Positions 1 through 9,858 of a DNA stretch of 64,000 nt are shown in pieces. The stretch is from a virus, in the IMG/VR virus record IMGVR_UViG_3300047564_002169, positions 34,587-98,586 of that record; one strand, given 5' to 3'. The position numbers and the translations under genes are program-made. How positions within the stretch are numbered: the first letter of the stretch is position 1; every line of letters begins with the position of its first letter. The notes under the pieces were generated by a model, which was given only the letters and a program-made list of their open reading frames with translations, ran no database searches and was not told where the DNA came from.

Positions 1-1
1 A

Positions 2-115
2 TTTGCAAATGTTGGAGAGAATGCAGATTTTTCCAACCCAAGCAGAACGTACACAGCAGAAGGTGATGCTAGTACAGGCGCTGTGATAAACGAACAGTGG
101 TTAGACAACTTTTAA
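2..115 (+). CDS. 3' end of probable tail terminator gp15 (partial)
   Basis: Open frame FANVGENADFSNPSRTYTAEGDASTGAVINEQWLDNF* ends 2 nt before the gp17 ATG; position and C-terminus resemble gp15 of T4-like phages. Confidence 0.5.
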   Translation, partial: FANVGENADFSNPSRTYTAEGDASTGAVINEQWLDNF

Positions 116-117
116 CC

Positions 118-1695
118 ATGGCAGAAATTTATAATTCCAACAGTAATCTTAAAGCAGCTGGAGTTGCTGTTGAGTTCACTCCGGAGGATGTGAAAGAATA
201 TATTAAATGTTCTCAGGATCCCATTTATTTTATTGAGAACTACTGTCATATCGTAACACTAGATCATGGGTTACAGTTGTTTAAATTATATGATTGTCAG
301 AAACGAAAAATTGATATTATTCACAATAATCGTCGTGTGATATTGATGGAAGGGCGGCAACAAGGTAAGACAACTACATCTGCTGCATATATTCTTTGGT
401 ACACAGTATTTCAATCTAATAAGAATGTTGCTATTCTCGCAAACAAAAAAGACGCTGCGCGAGAAGTTTTGGATCGCTACCAGACGATGTATGAAATGCT
501 CCCAAAATGGATGCAACAAGGCGTACTGACATGGAACAAAGGTGACATTGAACTAGAAAATGGTTCAAAAGTATTCACTGCTGCAACAGGAAAGTCTGGC
601 ATTCGCGGCAAGTCTGTTAACTTGCTGTACGTTGACGAAGCTGCTATTATTCCAAACAATGTAGCTGAAGATTTTTTTACTTCTGTGTACCCAACAATTT
701 CTGCGGGGCAGACAACTAAGATTCTTTTAAGTTCTACTCCATTGGGGTACAACCATTTTTGGAAATTTTGGACTGATGCAGAAAAGGGTAGGAATGGGTT
801 TGTGCCATTATTTATCCCATACTGGGAAATTCCAGGACGCGACGAAACATGGGCAGCTGAACAAAAAGCGCAGTTAGGTGAATTGAAGTTCACCCAGGAA
901 GTATTATGTAACTTCTTAGGTTCTTCTTTAACTCTAGTTCGCGCAGACTGTATTTCCAAAATGAGCCCAGACGCTACAATCCACCAAAAAGATGGGTTGG
1001 ATATATACGTAGAACCTCAAGCCAATCATACATATTGTATTGTAGCAGATATAGCAAAAGGTGTTGGTGGTAATTATTCGGCATTTCAAATTATTGATAT
1101 AACAGATCTGCCGTATCGTATAGTAGGAAAATATCGTAATAATGAAATTAGCCCGATTCTGTATCCTAATGTAATACATAAAGTCGCAAAAGACTATAAC
1201 ATGGCATGGGTTCTACTTGAAATTAACGTGTCGGAGCAGGCAGCTCATATTCTTTATTCCGAGTTGGAATATGAAAATATTTTGTTTGTCACACGGCACA
1301 CTAATGGTCAAATTGTATCAGGCGGCTTCGGTGGAGGCAAGACTCAATTAGGTGTAGTTACTGATAAGAAAATTAAACGAATAGGATGTCATAATTTTAA
1401 AGCTCTGGTTGAAGAAAATAAATTGATTATAAATGATGCCGATACGATCTCTGAAATCTCTACGTTTATCGAAAAAAAGGGTTCTTACGAAGCTGATGAA
1501 GGATATTACGATGATTTGGTAATGCCTTTGGTTTTGTTCGGATGGTTAACCACTAACTCATATTTTAAAGACCTAAATAATGTTAATCTGCGAGAAGCAA
1601 TGTATCGTAAACAGATGCGGGCGATAGAGGAAGAATTAACACCATTTGGGTTCTATGATGACGGCAGTCCAGAAAAACCTCCGCTAAACTTCTAG
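118..1695 (+). CDS. gp17: Terminase large subunit
   Basis: Walker A-like GRQQGKTT, Walker B YVDEAA, SSTPLG motif, RNase H nuclease acidic motifs (ADIAKG, DDLVM); likely start is ATG 118. Confidence 0.97.
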   Translation: MAEIYNSNSNLKAAGVAVEFTPEDVKEYIKCSQDPIYFIENYCHIVTLDHGLQLFKLYDCQKRKIDIIHNNRRVILMEGRQQGKTTTSAAYILWYTVFQSNKNVAILANKKDAAREVLDRYQTMYEMLPKWMQQGVLTWNKGDIELENGSKVFTAATGKSGIRGKSVNLLYVDEAAIIPNNVAEDFFTSVYPTISAGQTTKILLSSTPLGYNHFWKFWTDAEKGRNGFVPLFIPYWEIPGRDETWAAEQKAQLGELKFTQEVLCNFLGSSLTLVRADCISKMSPDATIHQKDGLDIYVEPQANHTYCIVADIAKGVGGNYSAFQIIDITDLPYRIVGKYRNNEISPILYPNVIHKVAKDYNMAWVLLEINVSEQAAHILYSELEYENILFVTRHTNGQIVSGGFGGGKTQLGVVTDKKIKRIGCHNFKALVEENKLIINDADTISEISTFIEKKGSYEADEGYYDDLVMPLVLFGWLTTNSYFKDLNNVNLREAMYRKQMRAIEEELTPFGFYDDGSPEKPPLNF

Positions 1696-1708
1696 AAAAC
1701 TTGCAAAA

Positions 1709-1716
1709 ACTAAATA
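1709..1716 (+). promoter_or_regulatory. T4-type late promoter (ACTAAATA)
   Basis: NNTAAATA motif upstream of gp18. The same motif occurs at 3702, 6892, 8789, 11237, 26619, 27743, 28373, 44082, 48646, 54124, 59845 and 63813. Confidence 0.7.
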
Positions 1717-1767
1717 AAATGTAGACATAGTTTTGTCTAGTAAAACTTATTAACAAGGAGAATTACA

Positions 1768-3696
1768 ATGCCGTTTCAATTATCTCCAGGCGTTGCAGTC
1801 GTAGAAAAAGATTTTACTTCTATCGTCCCAGCCGTATCATCTTCCATTGGTGCAGCGGTAGGCGCTTTCCCATGGGGTCCAGTTATGGAACCTATCACCG
1901 TTAGCTCAGAAAATGATCTGGTGGCGCGTTTCGGAAAACCAAATGATAGTAACTTTGACTCTTTCTTTACTGCTGCGAACTTCCTGTCATACACAAATAA
2001 CTTATTGCTAGTTCGCGCTGACGCTGGACATTTGAACGCGGTCGCTAATAGAACTGGTGGTGTGTCAAGTATCACAATCGGTAATGCCGGTTCTGGTTAT
2101 TCTTCTACGCCACCAGAAGTCACCGTTTCTGCTCCTGATCAAGAAGGTGGCGTTCAAGCAGTGATTACTGCTACTGTTTCTGGTGGTGTGGTTTCTGCGT
2201 TAAACATTGTAACTGCTGGTACTGGATATTCTTCAGCACCTACACTCACAATCGCTGCCCCTCCATCTGGCACGACTGCAACAGCAACTGCTACTGTCGC
2301 TGCTGCTGGTGTTAAAATTAAAAATGGTGAACATTATACAACAAATTTCGTGAACGGCGCTGGAGTTGTAGGTTCCTGGGCAGCAAAATATCCAGGTTCT
2401 ATTGGCAACTCGATTAAAGTTTCTGTAGCAGACTCTAATACATTTGCAGCATGGGCGTACAAAGATGAGTTTGATGCTGCGCCAGACACTTCTCCATTCG
2501 CGGCTTCTGTCGGTGGTTCTTCTGATGAAATGCACATTATCATTATTGATGAAGATGGCGCGTTCACAGGCACTCAAGGCGCTATTCTAGAAAAATTCCC
2601 ATTTGTTTCTAAAGGAAGTGACGCTAAAAAGCCAGACGGAACTAACAACTATTACAAAGACGTCATTAATTCTCGTTCACAGTATATCTGGTGGATGGAT
2701 CATTTAACCGGATTAACTAATGCAGGATCACAATGCGCTGGAACAACTTTCGCTGAATTGTCTGCTGCTAATAATGCGTCTTTAAGCGGTGGTACTGACG
2801 ATTATGCTCTTAGCGACGGAGAAAAACAAAATGCGTTTGCATTACTAGCTAACTCTGAGCAGTATGACCTTAGCTTAGTTATGGCAGGTAAAGCGTCTGC
2901 AACTGTTGCTGAATTTATTATCAATGACATCTGCGAAACTCGCCTAGATTGCGTGGCATTTATCTCTCCACAAAATATTAGCAGTGGTGATGTTATTATC
3001 GGTTCTACTTCTAGCGAAGTTGATCAAATCAACGCATATCGCAATGAGCTGCCTTCTACATCATATGCAGTGATGGATTCTGGTTACAAATATCAGTATG
3101 ATCGTTATAATGATAAATATCGCTGGGTTCCTCTGAATGGTGATGTCGCGGGTCTATGCGCTCGCACGGATTTTACTAACGATCCATGGTTCTCTCCAAG
3201 CGGTTTAAATCGCGGTCAAATTAAAAATGTTGTTCGTCTTGCGGTCAATCCAAACAAGACTCAAAGAGACACTCTTTACAAGAATGGCGTTAACCCTGTA
3301 GTAACATTCCCAGGAGAAGGCACTGTTCTATTTGGCGATAAAACTCTGCTGGCTAAACCATCTGCGTTTGATCGTATTAATGTTCGTCGCCTGTTTATTG
3401 TTATGGAAAAGGCGATCGCGACTGCTGCCAAATTCCAGCTGTTCGAATTTAACGACAGCTTCACTCGCGCGCAGTTTAAGAACTTGGTAGAGCCATTCCT
3501 TCGTGATGTTCAAGGTCGTCGCGGTATTACTGATTTCGTCGTTAAGTGCGATGAGTCTAACAACACAGGCGAAGTTATTGATCGTAACGAATTTGTTGCT
3601 GATATATTCGTTAAGCCAAATCGTTCTATCAACTTTATTACTCTGACGTTCGTTGCTGCTCGTTCTGCTATTAACTTCACAGAAATTGGCGCGTAA
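1768..3696 (+). CDS. gp18: Tail sheath protein
   Basis: N-terminal LSPGV..E.D, PWFSPSG, FDRINVRRLF and FEFND motifs. Confidence 0.97.
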   Translation: MPFQLSPGVAVVEKDFTSIVPAVSSSIGAAVGAFPWGPVMEPITVSSENDLVARFGKPNDSNFDSFFTAANFLSYTNNLLLVRADAGHLNAVANRTGGVSSITIGNAGSGYSSTPPEVTVSAPDQEGGVQAVITATVSGGVVSALNIVTAGTGYSSAPTLTIAAPPSGTTATATATVAAAGVKIKNGEHYTTNFVNGAGVVGSWAAKYPGSIGNSIKVSVADSNTFAAWAYKDEFDAAPDTSPFAASVGGSSDEMHIIIIDEDGAFTGTQGAILEKFPFVSKGSDAKKPDGTNNYYKDVINSRSQYIWWMDHLTGLTNAGSQCAGTTFAELSAANNASLSGGTDDYALSDGEKQNAFALLANSEQYDLSLVMAGKASATVAEFIINDICETRLDCVAFISPQNISSGDVIIGSTSSEVDQINAYRNELPSTSYAVMDSGYKYQYDRYNDKYRWVPLNGDVAGLCARTDFTNDPWFSPSGLNRGQIKNVVRLAVNPNKTQRDTLYKNGVNPVVTFPGEGTVLFGDKTLLAKPSAFDRINVRRLFIVMEKAIATAAKFQLFEFNDSFTRAQFKNLVEPFLRDVQGRRGITDFVVKCDESNNTGEVIDRNEFVADIFVKPNRSINFITLTFVAARSAINFTEIGA

Positions 3697-3732
3697 TTAG
3701 GGATAAATAAGAGAGAACACAAGGAGAATTAA

Positions 3733-4320
3733 ATGGCAAATATTGCTGATTTTAAATCGCAGATGATTGGGGGCGGCGCTCGCCCTAATCAATTTCGCGT
3801 GGAATTAACATTCCCGTCTTATGTAACATTGGGCGTAGTTGCTGGACAGAGAGCACAATTCTTGTGCAAAGCTGCACAGCTGCCAGCTTCCACTGTTGAG
3901 AATATACCAGTTCTTTATCGCGGTCGCCCAGTAAATTTTGCTGGCGAAAGAACTTTTCAACCATGGGCAGTATCAATTTACAATGACACCACATTCAATA
4001 TTCGTAATGCACTAGAGCAATGGCAGTCTGGGGTGCAGAACTATAATACTACTAATGGTCGCACAAATCCAACAGATTATCAAGTTGATTTGTTAGTCCA
4101 CCAATTAGACCGTAATGGCGCAACAATCAAAACGTATAAATTTGTTGATGCGTATCCAACTGCAATTTCTGCGATCGGTCTAGATTATGAACAACAAAAT
4201 TCTATTGAACAATTTGATGTAGAGTTTACATTCAACTTCTTTACTTCGACTACTGGCGCAACTCCTGGCTTCGGTGTCAATGTTTCTATCGACACTCCAG
4301 TTGGCAGTTTCCCGCTATAA
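3733..4320 (+). CDS. gp19: Tail tube protein
   Basis: GGARPNQF, CKAAQLPAS, AGERTF..W motifs; follows the sheath gene. Confidence 0.95.
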   Translation: MANIADFKSQMIGGGARPNQFRVELTFPSYVTLGVVAGQRAQFLCKAAQLPASTVENIPVLYRGRPVNFAGERTFQPWAVSIYNDTTFNIRNALEQWQSGVQNYNTTNGRTNPTDYQVDLLVHQLDRNGATIKTYKFVDAYPTAISAIGLDYEQQNSIEQFDVEFTFNFFTSTTGATPGFGVNVSIDTPVGSFPL

Positions 4321-4340
4321 TCAATTAAGGTTTTTACATA

Positions 4341-6005
4341 ATGCAGATTTTTGGGTTTCAAATTAAACGTACTCAGGGGGATCAACTACCAAGCGTAGTT
4401 CCCCCTAGCCCAGCTGAGACAGGCGCTACTGTAGTAAACACTGGTGTTAATGCTGGTGGTTACTACGGTATGGTTATGGATCTTGAGGGTACGATTAAAA
4501 ACGAGAATGACCTCATTCGACGTTATCGCGAAGTTGCGCAATATTCTGACTGCGACGGTGCGATCGAAGATATTGTCAACGAAGCTATTGTTGCTGATGA
4601 AGATCGTCATTCAGTCGAGATTATTCTTGATGAAGTTGATGTTTCTGACAACATCAAAAATAAAATTCGAGAAGAATTTGCTAATGTTTTAAAACTTTTA
4701 AAATTTAATGAACGAGCGCATGAAACGTTTCGTGCTTGGTATATTGATGGTAGATTATATTACCAGATTTTAATTGACGAAAACAATATCAAAAAAGGTA
4801 TTGTAGAATTACGATATATTGACCCGCGTAAAATTCGTCGTATTAAAAACGTTAAAAAAGACAGAACTAAAGCTGGGATCGAAGTCGTTAAAGAAGTTGA
4901 AGAATATTACCTATACAACGATAAAGGAATCACTGAGCAAACGACGCATGGCGTTAAACTGGCACTAGATTCTGTAGTATATGTACCATCCGGTTTCGTA
5001 GATCCAAATACTGGTATGTCAATGTCTTATCTTCATAAGGCAATTAAACCAGTAAATCAATTAAAGATGATTGAAGATTCTTTAGTCATCTATCGAATTA
5101 GTCGAGCACCAGAACGTAGGATTTTCTACATTGATGTAGGTAATCTACCAAAATTAAAAGCAGAGCAATACGTCTCTGACATAATGAATAAGTTCCGTAA
5201 TAAAATTGTTTATGACGCGACGACTGGTGAAACGCGAGATGATCGCCGCCATTTATCAATGATGGAAGATTTCTGGATGCCTCGTCGAGAAGGCGGTAAA
5301 GGCACAGAAATCACCACACTTCCTGGTGGGCAAAATTTGGGTGAAATTCAAGACATTGAATATTTCCAGAACAAACTTTACGGTGCACTAAATGTTCCAA
5401 TTAGTCGCTTACAACAATCACAGGGATTTTCAATTGGTCGTTCGCAAGAAATTAATCGAGACGAAATTAAGTTTAATAAGTTTATCGTTAGATTACGTAA
5501 AAAGTTTTCTGCGTTATTCAACAATGCGCTTCGCGTTCAGCTAATAGCTAAAGGCGTTATCACCCCTGACGATTGGGATGATATTTGTTATAATATTAAA
5601 TACGATTATCTTGAAGATAATCATTATGCTGAACTTCGCGACGCGGAGATTATGCAATCTCGTATGAATCTTCTTCAAGCCGTTGATCCTTATGTCGGTA
5701 AATACTACTCGATGGATTGGGCTAAAAGAAACATTCTTCGTATGGACAAGGATGAAATTAAAGAGATCGATAAACAAATCGCCAAAGAACAAAAACAATT
5801 GCTCAATATTGCGAATCAACAGGGCGAGGTTCAGTTAGCGATGCAGCAACCCATGATGGACGCCCAACAAGAACAACAACAGCAAATGCAACAACAAGAC
5901 GCGCAGCAACAAGCAGATAATGCGGGCGAACAAGAAGTTGTTGACAACCAAGATTCACAACAGAAAAAAAGCAAGCCAGCGAAGTCTACTAGTTGGCCAA
6001 ATTAA
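4341..6005 (+). CDS. gp20: Portal vertex protein
   Basis: YRISRAPERRIFYIDVGNLPK and EDFWMPRREGGKGTEITTLPGG motifs; Gln-rich C-terminal tail. Confidence 0.97.
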   Translation: MQIFGFQIKRTQGDQLPSVVPPSPAETGATVVNTGVNAGGYYGMVMDLEGTIKNENDLIRRYREVAQYSDCDGAIEDIVNEAIVADEDRHSVEIILDEVDVSDNIKNKIREEFANVLKLLKFNERAHETFRAWYIDGRLYYQILIDENNIKKGIVELRYIDPRKIRRIKNVKKDRTKAGIEVVKEVEEYYLYNDKGITEQTTHGVKLALDSVVYVPSGFVDPNTGMSMSYLHKAIKPVNQLKMIEDSLVIYRISRAPERRIFYIDVGNLPKLKAEQYVSDIMNKFRNKIVYDATTGETRDDRRHLSMMEDFWMPRREGGKGTEITTLPGGQNLGEIQDIEYFQNKLYGALNVPISRLQQSQGFSIGRSQEINRDEIKFNKFIVRLRKKFSALFNNALRVQLIAKGVITPDDWDDICYNIKYDYLEDNHYAELRDAEIMQSRMNLLQAVDPYVGKYYSMDWAKRNILRMDKDEIKEIDKQIAKEQKQLLNIANQQGEVQLAMQQPMMDAQQEQQQQMQQQDAQQQADNAGEQEVVDNQDSQQKKSKPAKSTSWPN

Positions 6006-6017
6006 TAGGAGAATATT

Positions 6018-6443
6018 ATGAACCAGTCAGTACAACATTTAGTTGATGCTATCAAAACCGGCGACGCTATTGCTACTGAAAACGCATTCGCCATTGCAAT
6101 GGCGGAAAAACTTGCGAGTAAAATTGACGATTTTCGTGTAAATATTGCGCAGAATATGTTCAATCAAGCCGAACCACAAGTGCAAGAGGATCTTTCTGAA
6201 AGCGAAGATTTAGCATTAGTGGTTGAAAACGCCACCGACGACTTTGACTCTGATGAAATTTCTCTTTCTGAAGAAGAAGTTGCTAGTTTTGTTGAGAAGT
6301 ATGAAGGGTTCAAAAAGTTATCTGGCGAGTTAGCGGCGAAAGGCGCTAAAAATCCAGCGGGACTAGCAGCATGGATTGGTCGTAAAAAATATGGCAAAGA
6401 AAAGTTTCAAGCTGCCGCTGCCGCAGACAAAAAGATGGGCTAA
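6018..6443 (+). CDS. Prohead core protein (gp67-like) with basic C-terminal module
   Basis: Directly after the portal; N-terminal helix, acidic middle, C-terminal AWIGRKKYG module. Confidence 0.6.
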   Translation: MNQSVQHLVDAIKTGDAIATENAFAIAMAEKLASKIDDFRVNIAQNMFNQAEPQVQEDLSESEDLALVVENATDDFDSDEISLSEEEVASFVEKYEGFKKLSGELAAKGAKNPAGLAAWIGRKKYGKEKFQAAAAADKKMG

Positions 6444-6991
6444 TGAAATATTCTGATTTTACCAAACAATTTAAAAGATCTGGTGTTATTGAAAGCGCCA
6501 GATCCTATCTTCATCTTATTGAAAAATTAGAAAATGGTAAAGTATTGATTGATGGTATTGAGACGAAATTTGATACTGTTAATGAAGCAAGACACCACGT
6601 TAAACAAGAACACGCGAAACATAAATTAGAAGAACAAGCGTCTAAAGAACTATACGAAGAACTGTCTGATAAAACTATTGCCAATATTATTAATCAACAC
6701 CACAACATTAGGGTAACGGATACTTTGGTAGAGTCTTATAAGGAACTGGCGTCATCTCATATGTTTAGTGTGGACCCAGTTGTTCATAAAATCAGATTAA
6801 TCAATAAATTAGATCGTTTGATTGAAAATAAATTACACTATCACCTTAAAGATGGTGCAATTGTAGCAATTAATGAACAAACGCAAGAACGACTAAATAA
6901 TCTACTACAGAATCAACCAGATATTATTGATTATATGCGTCAAGATAAAAATAATTTTATGTATGTAATCAGCAAGTTACAGGAAAACTAA
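6443..6991 (+). CDS. Hypothetical head-region protein
   Basis: 182 aa ORF coupled to the previous gene (TAATG); N-terminus MKYSDFTKQF resembles a capsid-targeting sequence. Confidence 0.6.
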   Translation: MKYSDFTKQFKRSGVIESARSYLHLIEKLENGKVLIDGIETKFDTVNEARHHVKQEHAKHKLEEQASKELYEELSDKTIANIINQHHNIRVTDTLVESYKELASSHMFSVDPVVHKIRLINKLDRLIENKLHYHLKDGAIVAINEQTQERLNNLLQNQPDIIDYMRQDKNNFMYVISKLQEN

Positions 6992-6992
6992 G

Positions 6993-7454
6993 ATGGCAAT
7001 GACCTTCACTACCGTTAGAAACACGAATCAAGAAGCTGTGATTCATTTTGAATCTTCTGCTGCAGAAACTGGCACTATTACTATCGCCAACTTAACCGCA
7101 GAAACTCAGACTCGTAATAGTGATAATCCTAAAGTTGATATTGTTAAGTTTATTTGTACAGGCGAATTAACATCACTAATTAAAATTCAGCGTAACAGTA
7201 AAGTTGTTATTGCATGTTCCCCAGAGAACGAAGCGGTGATTGAATTTAACGCATGGGGTATACCAGTAACAAACGACAACACAAGCGACATTGTTGTAAA
7301 TAATGTTACAGCAAAAGCTGTAACGGGTTGGATTGTTCTTCGTAAACAAGCTGGATGGTCGACTAAGGTTGAGGAAGCTACTTATGGCGCATATGATGAT
7401 ACCACTCGCGTCGGCGCATCAACCACATTAAGCGGTTCACCGGATAAGGCATAA
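6993..7454 (+). CDS. Hypothetical virion-associated protein (paralog of 50916..51404)
   Basis: 153 aa ORF under the late promoter at 6892; shares the LRK.GW..KVE.A.[YF]G.YD motif with the 50916 ORF. Confidence 0.65.
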   Translation: MAMTFTTVRNTNQEAVIHFESSAAETGTITIANLTAETQTRNSDNPKVDIVKFICTGELTSLIKIQRNSKVVIACSPENEAVIEFNAWGIPVTNDNTSDIVVNNVTAKAVTGWIVLRKQAGWSTKVEEATYGAYDDTTRVGASTTLSGSPDKA

Positions 7455-7456
7455 CG

Positions 7457-8107
7457 ATGAAACTAATCAAAGAAGATATTTCTAATACCAGGTTAATCGT
7501 TGAAGAAAAACTTGGTAAAGGTAAAACGTATTTTATTGAAGGTATTTTCCTTCAGTCAGCAATTAAAAACCGTAACGGTCGTATGTATCCAGAATCAGTT
7601 ATGGATAAAGAAGTTGGTCGTTATATGCAAGAACAAGTTCTAAATAATCGCGCTTATGGTGAACTAGGTCATCCAGATAATCCAAGTATTAATTTGGACC
7701 GCGTTTCTCATATGATCGTTGATCTGCGTAAAGAAGGAACTAATTATATTGGTAAAGCAAAAATTCTTGAAACTCCTATGGGTATGATTGCACGAGGTCT
7801 GTTAGATGGTGGCGCGAACTTAGGAGTGTCGAGCAGAGCACTTGGAACTCTAAAAGAGTCAGACGGTGTCCAAATTGTGCAAGACGATTTTATGCTGTCA
7901 ACAGCAGCAGACATCGTTGCTGATCCCAGCGGACCGAATTGTTTTGTTCAAGGAATTCTAGAGAACGTTGACTGGGCTTATAATGCCACAACAAACTCTT
8001 GGGTTATGGCAGAAAACATTAAACAACAAATAAAAAAATCTAGCGTTAAACAAGTTGCTGAAAATCAGGCAAAGTGGTTTGAAACTTTTTTAAAAACAAT
8101 TAAATAA
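7457..8107 (+). CDS. gp21: Prohead protease
   Basis: GELGHP (catalytic His), GVSSRALG (catalytic Ser), DIVADPS. Confidence 0.95.
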   Translation: MKLIKEDISNTRLIVEEKLGKGKTYFIEGIFLQSAIKNRNGRMYPESVMDKEVGRYMQEQVLNNRAYGELGHPDNPSINLDRVSHMIVDLRKEGTNYIGKAKILETPMGMIARGLLDGGANLGVSSRALGTLKESDGVQIVQDDFMLSTAADIVADPSGPNCFVQGILENVDWAYNATTNSWVMAENIKQQIKKSSVKQVAENQAKWFETFLKTIK

Positions 8108-8787
8108 TGTTTCATTTTACCTACATTACTGCCAGTTCCGATGGTTATTTTTATGTTGGAAGACATTCAACAAAAAATATCGACGACAAATATCAAGGTT
8201 CCGGTAAATGGGTTAAACTTTGTAAGGAGAATAATATAGAACTCCATACAAAAATATTGCAGTTTTATTCTTCGTTTGAAGAATTAACTTTAGCAGAAGA
8301 ACAACTTATTGAAAAACATATTAATAATTTTAAGAATATGAACATCAATAATAAATCTGTAGGTTTCGCGGTTGGTGTTTTAAACCCTTCTAACAATAAA
8401 GAAGTTTTAAAGAAACGCCCTCAAAACAATTCTGGATATATTTCTGAATATATGAAACACAACAACCCGAGCACTAAAGACTGTGTTAAAAAATTAAGAA
8501 GCGAATTTATGAAAGATTTGTGGAAAGATGCCGAGTACAAAGAACTTCATAGCGGCGAAAATCATTATATGAAACAGAGCCACAAAAGAAAACAATTTTC
8601 TGAAAACAACCCAATGCATAGAAAAGAGGTTGTTGACAAAATTAAGAATAGAGTTATGGAAGCCGTGAAAACTGGAACGCATAATAGCAAAATTTTATTG
8701 GAATGCCCGCATTGCAATAAATCGTGTTCCATACCAAATGCTAAAAGATGGCATTTTAACAAATGTAAAATGGTCAAAATCAAATAA
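8107..8787 (+). mobile_element. Free-standing GIY-YIG (Seg-like) homing endonuclease gene
   Basis: FTY...YVGRHST...Y.GSG GIY-YIG variant, NP[MS] repeats, C-terminal CPHC...HFNKC; inserted between gp21 and gp22. Confidence 0.85.
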
Positions 8788-8829
8788 TTATAAATAATTT
8801 ACTAGAACTATCCAGTTAGGAGAAACCCG

Positions 8830-9846
8830 ATGTCAATCGAACAAAAAATTGCTGAAATCCTGGCAGAGTCAAAAATCCACGGTAGCGAAGGTGGTAGCAA
8901 GTCTACTACTGAAAATGCAGCTGCTGGTGACAAAGCTGTGATTCGTAAAGGTAACCCAGTTCCAAATGGCGGTGAAATGCCTAATGCAGACAATCAGCGT
9001 AACAATGTTGATGACGAAGAAGAAGCAGCTAATGCTACTTCTAAGAAACCTAATCCAGCCACTGCTTCTAGCGTTGCTGGTGACCAAGAAGTGGTGCGTC
9101 ACGGCGCAGCAGTTAAAGGTATCAAAGAAGACGTTGATGCATTACTTCACGGTGAAGAACTTTCTGAAGAATTCCGTCAGAAAGCTGAAACTATTTTTGA
9201 AGCAGCTGTTCTTACTCGCGTTAAAGAAGAAGTTGCTCGTATTGAAGCAGAATTCGAAAGTAAACTTGCAGAGCAGGTTGAAAAGAATACAGAGGGTCTT
9301 GTTGAACAAGTTGATGGATATCTCGGCTATATTGCCGAGCAGTGGATGGCACAGAATGAAATTGCCCTTGAGCGTGGTATTAAATCTGAACTTCTTGAAA
9401 GTTTCGTTGCTGGTATGAAGTCTCTTTTCGAAGAGCACTACATCGATGTTCCAGAAGAAAAATATGATGTACTCGGTGAGATGGAAGATCACATCAGTGA
9501 TTTAGAAGCAAAACTTAACGAGCAAGTTTCTGCTAACATCGAATTGTCTAAGACAATCGCTGAAGCAAAACGAGCAGAAATCGTTAAAACCGTAAGCGAA
9601 GGTCTTACTGACATTGAAACTGAAAAGTTCTTAGGGTTAGTTGAAGAACTTTGTTACGAAGATGCTACAACTTTTAAGGCTAAAGTTAAGACTATTCGTG
9701 AAAATTATTTCACAAACAAGCAAAACACAATAGTTGAGTCTGTTGTTACTGATGCACCAGTTGAGATGATCACTGAGCAAAAGAAACCACAAGTCGACCC
9801 AGCTATGACTGCTTACTTGTCAGCACTCAACAAAATCACCAAATAA
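8830..9846 (+). CDS. gp22: Prohead core scaffold protein
   Basis: LSEEF..KA.TIFEAAV, VDGYL.Y..EQW; coiled coil; directly upstream of gp23. Confidence 0.93.
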   Translation: MSIEQKIAEILAESKIHGSEGGSKSTTENAAAGDKAVIRKGNPVPNGGEMPNADNQRNNVDDEEEAANATSKKPNPATASSVAGDQEVVRHGAAVKGIKEDVDALLHGEELSEEFRQKAETIFEAAVLTRVKEEVARIEAEFESKLAEQVEKNTEGLVEQVDGYLGYIAEQWMAQNEIALERGIKSELLESFVAGMKSLFEEHYIDVPEEKYDVLGEMEDHISDLEAKLNEQVSANIELSKTIAEAKRAEIVKTVSEGLTDIETEKFLGLVEELCYEDATTFKAKVKTIRENYFTNKQNTIVESVVTDAPVEMITEQKKPQVDPAMTAYLSALNKITK

Positions 9847-9858
9847 AGGAATTACGAT

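Noticed and set aside
5810-5970. CAA/CAG-rich tract at the portal 3' end as a repeat element
   Set aside because: Simply encodes a low-complexity Gln-rich tail
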